NCBI GenBank assembly: GCA_050084515.1
Contig: CM114271.1
Coordinates: 17,794,001-17,858,000 of the forward strand
Length of the DNA stretch: 64,000 nucleotides
Direction of reading: 5' to 3'
DNA from: Blasia pusilla
Lineage: Eukaryota
In this document: positions 1-11,300 of the stretch, piece by piece
How positions within the stretch are numbered: the first letter of the stretch is position 1
Layout: the number at the start of each line of letters is the position of its first letter
The notes under the pieces: model-generated
Databases searched by the model: none
What the model was told of the DNA's origin: nothing
The model's input: the letters and a program-made list of their open reading frames with translations, nothing else
Translations under genes and position numbers: made by a program

Positions 1-467
1 TCACCCTGATGTATATAATGTCTCTGTTTAGAGAGCAGAAGCCAATTCTACAGCATGCACAGTTTTGGTGAGGACTCCTGAGGCTCTTGGTCCTGCTGCA
101 GAGTGATCAGAGAGTAGGAAGAGGAGATTGAGACTAATTGCTGTGCTTGCTAGAGCCTCACTGGAAGGCAGGTTGTTTTGTCTAGTATGCTGATGGAGAT
201 TGTTTGTGCTCAATGGTGAGCCATGTCTGATCTCTGAGCTGGTGACATGTGAGGACCTGTAGTGTGAGTGCAAGGTGTGGCTGAGTAGAATCCTTCTTAG
301 TATCTCTTAGATAGTAAGAAGAGTCACATCATGGTAGGGCTCTGATTTGGCAATAGAGATAGGAACTGATTTGCTGATTGTGTACAAGCTGAAATCATGG
401 ATGGTCTAGCTGATGCTAGCTCTGACTTTGTACAAGCAGATACTTCTGCTGGTCAATCATATTCTCA

Positions 468-480
468 GGTTATGGGCCCA
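468..480 (+). promoter_or_regulatory. Primer binding site of half-tRNAiMet type (GGTTATGGGCCCA)
   Basis: Directly follows the LTR end (...TCTCA). Same PBS type as Drosophila copia and Osser-like elements. Counterpart at ~11660-11671 (-) in copy B. Confidence 0.85.
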
Positions 481-3400
481 CCCCAAACCTTTCTCCTTAG
501 TGATTTCAGCAGTGTAGAGAAGTTAGATGGTGGGAACTATAGAGAATGGTCCAGAACCATGATGGACATTCTAATGCTGAAAGGGTTGTGGGTGTATGTT
601 GAGATGAAACCTCACAATCTAGAAGAGCTTGTGGTAAACTTTGCTTGGAGACAGCAAAATCAGTTGGCAGCTATCTTACTCAAACAGACCCTGAACTCCT
701 CTATGAGGGAGTTGGTGGATGGTATAAGCAATGCTTGGGAGATCTGGTCCAAGCTGAAGAGTTTGAACAAGGAGTCAGCTTTGACTCTAGCTATGCAAAG
801 ATGGAAGACATTGAGCTCGACAAGGATGGCTGACACAGATAGAGTTGCAGCTCACATTGCCAAAATGGAGTCAACTTTTGCACAAGTGAAAGCAGTTGGA
901 CAGGAACTGATTCCTATATGGAAGGTAACCCTGTTGCTATCCTCCTTACCTCCTCGATTTGATACAATGGTTACAATCTTTGAAACCTGGGAGGCAGATT
1001 TGCTTACATGGGAATCTGTGACCAACAAGCTCCTGAGATATGATCAGAAGCGAGAGGTGATTGTGGAAGAAACAGTCATGCTCAACAGGGATAGGAAGTG
1101 GAAAGAGACCAGAACTTGTTACATTTGTGCAGAGAAGGGACATCTTGCTCTGCAATTGTCCAAAGAAGTTGAAAAGGAGAGAAAGTTAAAAGGAGTGGAT
1201 CTGCAGTCAAGAATCAAGAGAAGTTGATGGAGAAGCAAAGTACCTCCTACAGGGAGAAGGATAAGGCAAAGGTTGCTGGAGTGATGACTACTGAATACAC
1301 ATCTGATGAAAGTTGCTGTTCTTTCATGATGGCCTCGTGTGAGAAAGATCTCAAGAGGAGCAGTGGATGGTGGGTGGACTCCGGTGCAACATCACATGTC
1401 TGTTATCAAGAGGAGTTGTTCTCAGACCTAAAACCAGCAAGTAATCATCACGTGAGAAGTGCTTCTGGATTGTTAAGTCCTGTGGGAGGGGTTGGCTCAG
1501 TTTCTATTTTCTTCAGTGCTGATGAAAGCAAATTGATGAAATGGCAGCTGCATGGAGTGTTATATGTTGCAGATTACATAAAAAATCTGTTGTCAGTTAA
1601 GAAATTATTGGAGGCAGGAATTGATGTGCACTTCTGGAACTCAAACCAGACTTGCACACTTGAAAGAAATGGGTAAGTCTTGTGCCGAGGAGTGGTACAA
1701 GGAAATTTGTTCAAACTGCTGGAATGTGATCCAGAGGAGCAGGTGAATCTCACTGAGAATAGGAGCTTGCTGAATCTGTGGCATTGCAGATTGGGGCACC
1801 TATCGGAACACAGCATTCGAGCTCTGCAAGGAATGTCATGTGGGGTGGAGATTGAGAAGTCACAGAAGCTTGAGTTCTGTGAGGCTTGTGTGCAAGGGAA
1901 AGCTCACAAGTCACCCGCTCCCAGAAGGTCACTTAACAGGTCTGAAAGATTATTGGACCTGATTCACTCTGATGTGTGTGGACCAATGCCTGTAAAGTCA
2001 CTAGGAGGAGCACGCTATTTTGTGTCATTTGTGGACGACAAGAGTAGAAAGAGCTTTGTGTACCTGATAAGCAGCAAGGCTCAAGTTCTAGAGAAATTTG
2101 TTATCTTTGTCAACATGACAGAGAGGCAAGTTGAACGAAGAGTGAAGAGACTTAGGTCTGATGGAGGAGGAGAATATATGCAAGTAAAGACTTTCAAGCA
2201 TATCTCTCAGCCAAGGGATATTAAAAGATGTTACGCACGTGACAGCCCCCACCAAAATGGAGTAGCTGAAAGGCTGAATAGAACCTTGCAAGAGAAAGCC
2301 TTGAGCATGTTGCAACATGCCAAGCTTGGTCAAGAATTCTGGGAGCAGCTATCATGACAGCGAATTATCTGAGGAACATCAGTCCCACAGCGGCCTTGAA
2401 GAATGTAACTCCAGAAGAGTGCTGGTCTGGTAAGAAACCTGACATTTCTAGATTGGAAGTGTTTGGTTGTGTTGGCTATGCCCTCACCCTGATACACAAA
2501 GGAGGAAACTAGATGCAAAGGCTGACAAGTACATATTTGTTGGGTATGAAGAAGGGCTGAAAGGATACATGTTGTATAATCCTAGAACCTGCAAGGCAAT
2601 TGAAGCAATGATGTGACTTTTGATGAGAAGAGTTTTTGGAAAGACTCTGAGCACAAAGAGTCAATGGTCACCAGAGTGATGCCAGTAATCACTTCTGTTG
2701 TCACTCCTGTAAACATCCCTGCAGTGTCGAACTCACATCAAGATGCTGATAAGGAGGAAGTATCAAAGGATACACTTGCAGAATGTAGTGGAGGATTAGA
2801 TACTTGCACCCAAGGTGTAAGAGAGGAAGATCATGTTGAAAATGATCAGCCTATGAAGGTGTACCAAAGGAGAAGTGCAGCCAAGCAAGTTCTAGAGGCA
2901 CATGAGTCCACAGAGGGAGTGATCAAGGAGATCTCAGAGCAAAGGAGATCTGGAAGAATTTCCAAACCTGTAGAAAGGTTGGGGATAAACGAAGCTCATT
3001 CTATTGAAGAAGGAGTTGTAGAGCCCAACTCTTTGAGTGAGGCTATGAGCAGGAATGATTCGAAACAGTGGGAGCAGGCTGTGGCAGAAGAAAAGGTCTC
3101 ATTAGAGAAAAATGAGACATGGGAGTTTGTAGATTTGCCACCTGGTAGAAAGACCATTGGTTGCAAATGGGTCTTCAGAATAAAAGGGGACCAAAGAATG
3201 AGATCTTGAAGTACAAGGCACGTCTGGTTGCAAAAGGCTTCAATCAGGAGGCTGGTTTAGACTATCAGGAGACCTTTGCTCCTGTTGCAAGGTATGGATC
3301 CATTAGAGTTCTCTTGGCATTAGCAGCTCAACATAATTGGGAGGTGGAACAGATGGATGTGAAGACTGCATTCTTAAATGGAGAACTGAAAGTGGAGATC

Positions 3401-4571
3401 TACATGGAGGTACCAGATGGTTATACTCATCCAGGCAAGGTGTGTCTCTTGAAGAAAGCCCTTTATGGCCTAAAGCAAGCACCTAGATGCTGGTATGAGA
3501 AGATGGATGCTTACCTGATCAGGAAAGGATTCCAACGTAGCAATGCAGATCAAGGAGTGTACTCCTTAGACTCCACTATGTACATAGCATTGTATGTTGA
3601 TGATCTTCTGATGCTAGGAGGGAGCTTAGACACTGTAAAGAGAGTGAAGAAAGACCTCTGTCGCAACTTTGAGATGGTTGATCTGGGTCCAGCAAAGTGG
3701 CTATTGGGGATTCAGATTGAGAGAAATCGGGAAGAGAGCTGGATACGATTGAGTCAAGAAAAGTATATAGAGAGTATCTTGATCAGGTACAACATGCAAG
3801 ATTGTAAGCCTGTATCAACACCCCTAGATCCTGGCTGCAAACTCAGCAAAGATATGGGAATTTCAACTGAAAAGGTTGACAATTTGCAAGCACTATATCA
3901 AAGTGCTGTAGGGTCATTGATGTTTGCTATGGTCTGTACCAGAGCAGACTTAGCATACCCAGTTGGTGTCTTAGCCAGGTACACCAGCAAACCTACAATA
4001 GAACATTGGAAATGTCTGAAGAGAGTACTCAGATATTTGCGTGGCACAACAAGAACATACTTGGAATACAGGCATCAAGAAAATGGACCAATCTTGGAAG
4101 GGTTTTCAGATGCAAGTTGGGGAGATGATACTGATGAAAGAAGATCAACAAGTGGATATGTCTTCTTGTTAAGTGGAGGGGTGATCAGCTGGTGCAGTAA
4201 GAAACAAAGAACTGTTGCACTCTCTACAACTGAGGCAGAGTACATGGCGCTTTCTCTTGCTGCTCAGGAGGTGATCTGGTTAAGGAGCTTATTGAATGAT
4301 CTTGGATATGAACAGATGACTCCTACATCCCTACAGGTTGACAACAAAGGAAGTATTGCATTAAGCAAAAATCCTGTTCATCATCCTAGAACAAAACACA
4401 TAGACATCAAACATCACTTTGTAAGAGAAATGATAGGAAGAGAAATCTCCTTGGTTTACTGTCCAACAGAGAATATGGCAGCTGATGTCCTGACCAAACC
4501 TCTGTCACAGGACAAACATAGAAAGTGTATATCTATGATGGGCATTACTCTAAACTCTCATTAAGAGGGAG

Positions 4572-5248
4572 TGTTGAAATTTGTTAATATCTAGTTTAGT
4601 CATGCTCTAAAAATAGTTAGTCAGATACTAACTTAGTTGGATACTTATTTAGTTAGCTAGAGATAACTTAGTGTTCCTCTATCTTTTAGGGTAACCTTGA
4701 ATTAGGGCAATTCTCGAGTTAGGGTTAGCCACCATCTGTTATTTAGGGTATGGATCTGTTCAAGAAGATCTAAGGGCCAGAAGTGCTCACCCTGATGTAT
4801 ATAATGTCTCTGTTTAGAGAGCAGAAGCCAATTCTACAGCATGCACAGTTTTGGTGAGGACTCCTGAGGCTCTTGGTCCTGCTGCAGAGTGATCAGAGAG
4901 TAGGAAGAGGAGATTGAGACTAATTGCTGTGCTTGCTAGAGCCTCACTGGAAGGCAGGTTGTTTTGTCTAGTATGCTGATGGAGATTGTTTGTGCTCAAT
5001 GGTGAGCCATGTCTGATCTCTGAGCTGGTGACATGTGAGGACCTGTAGTGTGAGTGCAAGGTGTGGCTGAGTAGAATCCTTCTTAGTATCTCTTAGATAG
5101 TAAGAAGAGTCACATCATGGTAGGGCTCTGATTTGGCAATAGAGATAGGAACTGATTTGCTGATTGTGTACAAGCTGAAATCATGGATGGTCTAGTTGAT
5201 GCTAGCTCTGACTTTGTACAAGCAGATACTTCTGCTGGTCAATCATAT
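4572..5248 (+). repeat. 3' LTR of copia copy A (lacks the last 5 nt, TCTCA, of the 682-bp family LTR)
   Basis: Near-identical to 1-467 and to the reverse complement of 6875-7556 and 11672-12353. Ends ...CAATCATAT|GAC instead of ...CAATCATATTCTCA. Confidence 0.95.
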
Positions 5249-5362
5249 GACTTAAGAGAGACAAAAGTCCAATTTCATGTAGCGGCTCTTTTTGAGGTGT
5301 GGACAAGACTTCCAAGTTGTGGTTTGTGTATTGGTACAGATGAATAAGTGGTCCTGATACAG

Positions 5363-8300
5363 GGGACTGTACCATCACATCTCTTACTCTTGATCTTCAA
5401 TCAAATCCTGAAAATGATCTTCCTCGACTGGCACTGGCTTTACAACCTGCTGAGAAGTACATTCAGAACAGGAGTCGAGCTGGAAAGAAAGTCAAGCGTG
5501 ACAAAATCGCCCCTGCAGAATCCAGTCTGACGCTCCAAGTGAAAGCTCCAAAAGGAGGCTTAGAGATTGCCAGCGGGAAACTCATTCTTCCAGGCGATCT
5601 GGCAGCTGTCATTGGAAATAAACTACTTGTCAACATCGACTTGGGGTTCTTTGCCACCAAAGAGAATGATGAGTTGAAGGTTGTAAGGGATGGGAATGAA
5701 GGCGTGCCAGTGGTGGCCAAGTTGTGGTCTGAGTGTGCCCAACTGGAAGGTGTTGGCTTTCTCCAGATGAAAAAGAGCAAAGTCAAGCTTATCAAGCCAC
5801 TGCGAGCTGAGGTAGGTTTTAATAATTCCTGACTAGGGCTTGGCAGTTGACTATTTATTGCAGAATGTCATTAGAAGGTGATATTGTGTTTTGTGCATAA
5901 AACGACATGTAAACAATGCCAGACATGAACACTAACAACATGAAAGGCAAATTTCTATCAGAAATTGGCTGTGTAAAGGTATGAAGGTCTGTGAGTAAAC
6001 AATTCATGCCATAATTGTACTCTTCTGCATTTCTCGTCTTACGCTCCTGTGATTATTGACGTTTATGTATTACATGTCTTTGTTAATGACCCAATCAGTG
6101 TCATGGTTTTGTTGGCAGATGGATCTCACTCCAGCAGTTGCAAAGTTTTACCTCGCAGGTTTAAATCCCCTGCTTGGGAAGATTTTAGGTCCGGCAGTAC
6201 AGGATGATGACATGCCTGACATTATAGTGGAAGTTACCCCAACTAATCTTGAACTGCCGTCCAACCACTATAAAATCAAATTAGAACCATTTAAAGCTGT
6301 GAGTTGAAATTTTGGAGATGAACACTGATTACTTCTATAGGTTGAACATGAGTCAGATGTGACAGATTTGCTTGAGGTGACAGAATGTGAAAAAATGCTG
6401 GGCTTTGTTTGGAAATGGTGTTTACAGTCGTGTTCTGTAGTTTATTGAGCTTATCCAGGACGGAAGTTCAACTTGGTGATTGACACTACTGCATTTTACT
6501 CATCTGTACTGGAAATGAAGGTGCTTTGGAATTACTCTCTTATCAAATACCCTAGCATGGATTGTTCCACTCCAAATATGACTACTTGACATTTTATTTT
6601 CTTGGTCCTAGACTCTGGCTCGAGATCAGGTGGTGGACGGAATTTTGTCGCTATTGTCTAAGCAGGAGCTAGCCAAGGGCAAGAGATCACTCACAATGCA
6701 AACATCAGTGATTGAGACGGAAGTGGACATGCCTGGAAGCTTGGAGTGCGCACGTATTGACATTCTTATCGCAGGTTTGTGTCAATCCAATGTTTATGTT
6801 GTTGGAAATTAATTAGCACAGCAAAACAAATCAGCAGATTGCTGATTGATAATAGTCGATTTAAATATTGATCATGAGAATATGATTGACCAGCAGAAGT
6901 ATCTGCTTGTACAAAGTCAGAGCTAGCATCAGCTAGACCATCCATGATTTCAGCTTGTACACAATCAGCAAATCAGTTCCTATCTCTATTGCCAAATCAG
7001 AGCCCTACCATGATGTGACTCTTCTTACTATCTAAGAGATACTAAGAAGGATTCTACTCAGCCACACCTTGCACTCACACTACAGGTCCTCACATGTCAC
7101 CAGCTCAGAGATCAGACATGGCTCACCATTGAGCACAAACAATCTCCATCAGCATACTAGACAAAACAACCTGCCTTCCAGTGAGGCTCTAGCAAGCACA
7201 GCAATTAGTCTCAATCTCCTCTTCCTACTCTCTGATCACTCTGCAGCAGGACCAAGAGCCTCAGGAGTCCTCACCAAAACTGTGCATGCTGTAGAATTGG
7301 CTTCTGCTCTCTAAACAGAGACATTATATACATCAGGGTGAGCACTTCTGGCCCTTAGATCTTCTTGAACAGATCCATACCCTAAATAACAGATGGTGGC
7401 TAACCCTAACTCGAGAATTGCCCTAATTCAAGGTTACCCTAAAAGATAGAGGAACACTAAGTTATCTCTAGCTAACTAAATAAGTATCCAACTAAGTTAG
7501 TATCTGACTAACTATTTTTAGAGCATGACTAAACTAGATATTAACAAATTTCAACACTCCCTCTTAATGAGAGTTTAGAGTAATGCCCATCATAGATATA
7601 CACTTTCTATGTTTGTCCTGTGACAGAGGTTTGGTCAGGACATCAGCTGCCATATTCTCTGTTGGACAGTAAACCAAGGAGATTTCTCTTCCTATCATTT
7701 CTCTTACAAAGTGATGTTTGATGTCTATGTGTTTTGTTCTAGGATGATGAACAGGATTTTTGCTTAATGCAATACTTCCTTTGTTGTCAACCTGTAGGGA
7801 TGTAGGAGTCATCTGTTCATATCCAAGATCATTCAATAAGCTCCTTAACCAGATCACCTCCTGAGCAGCAAGAGAAAGCGCCATGTACTCTGCCTCAGTT
7901 GTAGAGAGTGCAACAGTTCTTTGTTTCTTACTGCACCAGCTGATCACCCCTCCACTTAACAAGAAGACATATCCACTTGTTGATCTTCTTTCATCAGTAT
8001 CATCTCCCCAACTTGCATCTGAAAACCCTTCCAAGATTGGTCCATTTTCTTGATGCCTGTATTCCAAGTATGTTCTTGTTGTGCCACGCAAATATCTGAG
8101 TACTCTCTTCAGACATTTCCAATGTTCTATTGTAGGTTTGCTGGTGTACCTGGCTAAGACACCAACTGGGTATGCTAAGTCTGCTCTGGTACAGACCATA
8201 GCAAACATCAATGACCCTACAGCACTTTGATATAGTGCTTGCAAATTGTCAACCTTTTCAGTTGAAATTCCCATATCTTTGCTGAGTTTGCAGCCAGGAT

Positions 8301-11300
8301 CTAGGGGTGTTGATACAGGCTTACAATCTTGCATGTTGTACCTGATCAAGATACTCTCTATATACTTTTCTTGACTCAATCGTATCCAGCTCTCTTCCCG
8401 ATTTCTCTCAATCTGAATCCCCAATAGCCACTTTGCTGGACCCAGATCAACCATCTCAAAGTTGCGACAGAGGTCTTTCTTCACTCTCTTTACAGTGTCT
8501 AAGCTCCCTCCTAGCATCAGAAGATCATCAACATACAATGCTATGTACATAGTGGAGTCTAAGGAGTACACTCCTTGATCTGCATTGCTACGTTGGAATC
8601 CTTTCCTGATCAGGTAAGCATCCATCTTCTCATACCAGCATCTAGGTGCTTGCTTTAGGCCAGGCCATAAAGGGCTTTCTTCAAGAGACACACCTTGCCT
8701 GGATGAGTATAACCATCTGGTACCTCCATGTAGATCTCCACTTTCAGTTCTCCATTTAAGAATGCAGTCTTCACATCCATCTGTTCCACCTCCCAATTAT
8801 GTTGAGCTGCTAATGCCAAGAGAACTCTAATGGATCCATACCTTGCAACAGGAGCAAAGGTCTCCTGATAGTCTAAACCAGCCTCCTGATTGAAGCCTTT
8901 TGCAACCAGACGTGCCTTGTACTTCAAGATCTCATTCTTTGGTCCCCTTTTTATTCTGAAGACCCATTTGCAACCAATGGTCTTTCTACCAGGTGGCAAA
9001 TCTACAAACTCCCATGTCTCATTTTTCTCTAATGAGACCTTTTTTCTTCTGCCACAGCCTGCTCCCACTGTTTGAATCATTCCTGCTCATAGCCTCACTC
9101 AAAGAGTTGGGCTCTACAACTCCTTCTTCAATAGAATGAGCTTCGTTTATCCCCAACCTTTCTACAGGTTTGGAAATTCTTCCAGATCTCCTTTGCTCTG
9201 AGATCTCCTTGATCACTCCCTCTGTGGACTCATGTGCCTCTAGAACTTGCTTGGCTGCACTTCTCCTTTGGTACACCTTCATAGGCTGATCATTTTCAAC
9301 ATGATCTTCCTCTCTTACACCTTGGGTGCAAGTATCTAATCCTCCACTACATTCTGCAAGTGTATCCTTTGATACTTCCTCCTTATCAGCATCTTGATGT
9401 GAGTTCGACACTGCAGGGATGTTTACAGGAGTGACAACAGAAGTGATTACTGGCATCACTCTGGTGACCATTGACTCTTTGTGCTCAGAGTCTTTCCAAA
9501 AACTCTTCTCATCAAAAGTCACATCATTGCTTCGAATTGCCTTGCAGGTTCTAGGATTATACAACATGTATCCTTTCAGCCCTTCTTCATACCCAACAAA
9601 TATGTACTTGTCAGCCTTTGCATCTAGTTTCCTCCTTTGTGTATCAGGGGTGAGGGCATAGCCAACACAACCAAACACTTCCAATCTAGAAATGTCAGGT
9701 TTCTTACCAGACCAGCACTCTTCTGGAGTTACATTCTTCAAGGCCGCTGTGGGACTGATGTTCCTCAGATAATTCGCTGTCATGATAGCTGCTCCCCAGA
9801 ATTCTTGACCAAGCTTGGCATGTTGCAACATGCTCAAGGCTTTCTCTTGCAAGGTTCTATTCAGCCTTTCAGCTACTCCATTTTGGTGGGGGCTGTCACG
9901 TGCCGTAACATCTTTTAATATCCCCTTGGCTGAGAGATATGCTTGAAAGTCTTTACTTGCATATATTCTCCTCCTCCATCAGACCTAAGTCTCTTCACTC
10001 TTCGTTCAACTTGCCTCTCTGTCATGTTGACAAAGATAACAAATTTCTCTAGAACTTGAGCCTTGCTGCTTATCAGGTACACAAAGCTCTTTCTACTCTT
10101 GTCGTCCACAAATGACACAAAATAGCGTGCTCCTCCTAGTGACTTTACAGGCATTGGTCCACACACATCAGAGTGAATCAGGTCCAATAATCTTTCAGAC
10201 CTGTTAAGTGACCTTCTGGGAGCGGGTGACTTGTGAGCTTTCCCTTGCACACAAGCCTCACAGAACTCAAGCTTCTGTGACTTCTCAATCTCCACCCCAC
10301 ATGACATTCCTTGCAGAGCTCGAATGCTGTGTTCCGATAGGTGCCCCAATCTGCAATGCCACAGATTCAGCAAGCTCCTATTCTCAGTGAGATTCACCTG
10401 CTCCTCTGGATCACATTCCAGCAGTTTGAACAAATTTCCTTGTACCACTCCTCGGCACAAGACTTACCCATTTCTTTCAAGTGTGCAAGTCTGGTTTGAG
10501 TTCCAGAAGTGCACATCAATTCCTGCCTCCAATAATTTCTTAACTGACAACAGATTTTTTATGTAATCTGCAACATATAACACTCCATGCAGCTGCCATT
10601 TCATCAATTTGCTTTCATCAGCACTGAAGAAAATAGAAACTGAGCCAACCCCTCCCACAGGACTTAACAATCCAGAAGCACTTCTCACGTGATGATTACT
10701 TGCTGGTTTTAGGTCTGAGAACAACTCCTCTTGATAACAGACATGTGATGTTGCACCGAGTCCACCCACCATCCACTGCTCCTCTTGAGATCTTTCTCAC
10801 ACGAGGCCATCATGAAAGAACAGCAACTTTCATCAGATGTGTATTCAGTAGTCATCACTCCAGCAACCTTTGCCTTATCCTTCTCCCTGTAGGAGGTACT
10901 TTGCTTCTCCATCAACTTCTCTTGATTCTTGACTGCAGATCCACTCCTTTTAACTTTCTCTCCCTTTTCAACTTCTTTGGACAATTGCGAGCAAGATGTC
11001 CCTTCTCTGCACAAATGTAACAAGTTCTGGTCTCTTTCCACTTCCTATCCCTGTTGAGCATGACTGTTTCTTCCACAATCACCTCTCGCTTCTGATCATA
11101 TCTCAGGAGCTTGTTGGTCACAGATTCCCATGTAAGCAAATCTGCCTCCCAGGTTTCAAAGATTGTAACCATTGTATCAAATCGAGGAGGTAAGGAGGAT
11201 AGCAACAGGGTTACCTTCCATATAGGAATCAGTTCCTGTCCAACTGCTTTCACCTGTGCAAAAGTTGACTCCATTTTGGCAATGTGAGCTGCAACTCTAT

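Larger units (their letters stand above)
1..5248 (+). mobile_element. Ty1/copia LTR retrotransposon, copy A (5' LTR runs off the window start; pol disrupted)
   Basis: 5' LTR part 1-467 matches the 3' LTR 4572-5248, which starts TGTTG after PPT AAGAGGGAG (4563-4571). PBS GGTTATGGGCCCA at 468-480. Copia domain order: gag (zinc knuckle CYICAEKGH), protease (WWVDSGAT), integrase (HCRLGH..CEAC, LIHSDVCGP, SDGGGEY, QNGVAER), RT (YVDDLL), RNase H (FSDASW..STTEAEY). Broken by an in-frame TAA at 1674 and several frameshifts. Confidence 0.97.

Noticed and set aside
28..273. 81-aa ORF (MHSHYRSS...) repeated four times (also 4814, 7069, 11866)
   Set aside because: Antisense ORF inside the LTR with a TTG start; it recurs only because the LTR does.
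8658..8667. 5-bp duplication (GGCCT) private to copy B as a possible excision footprint
   Set aside because: Cannot be distinguished from slippage or consensus error without reads.
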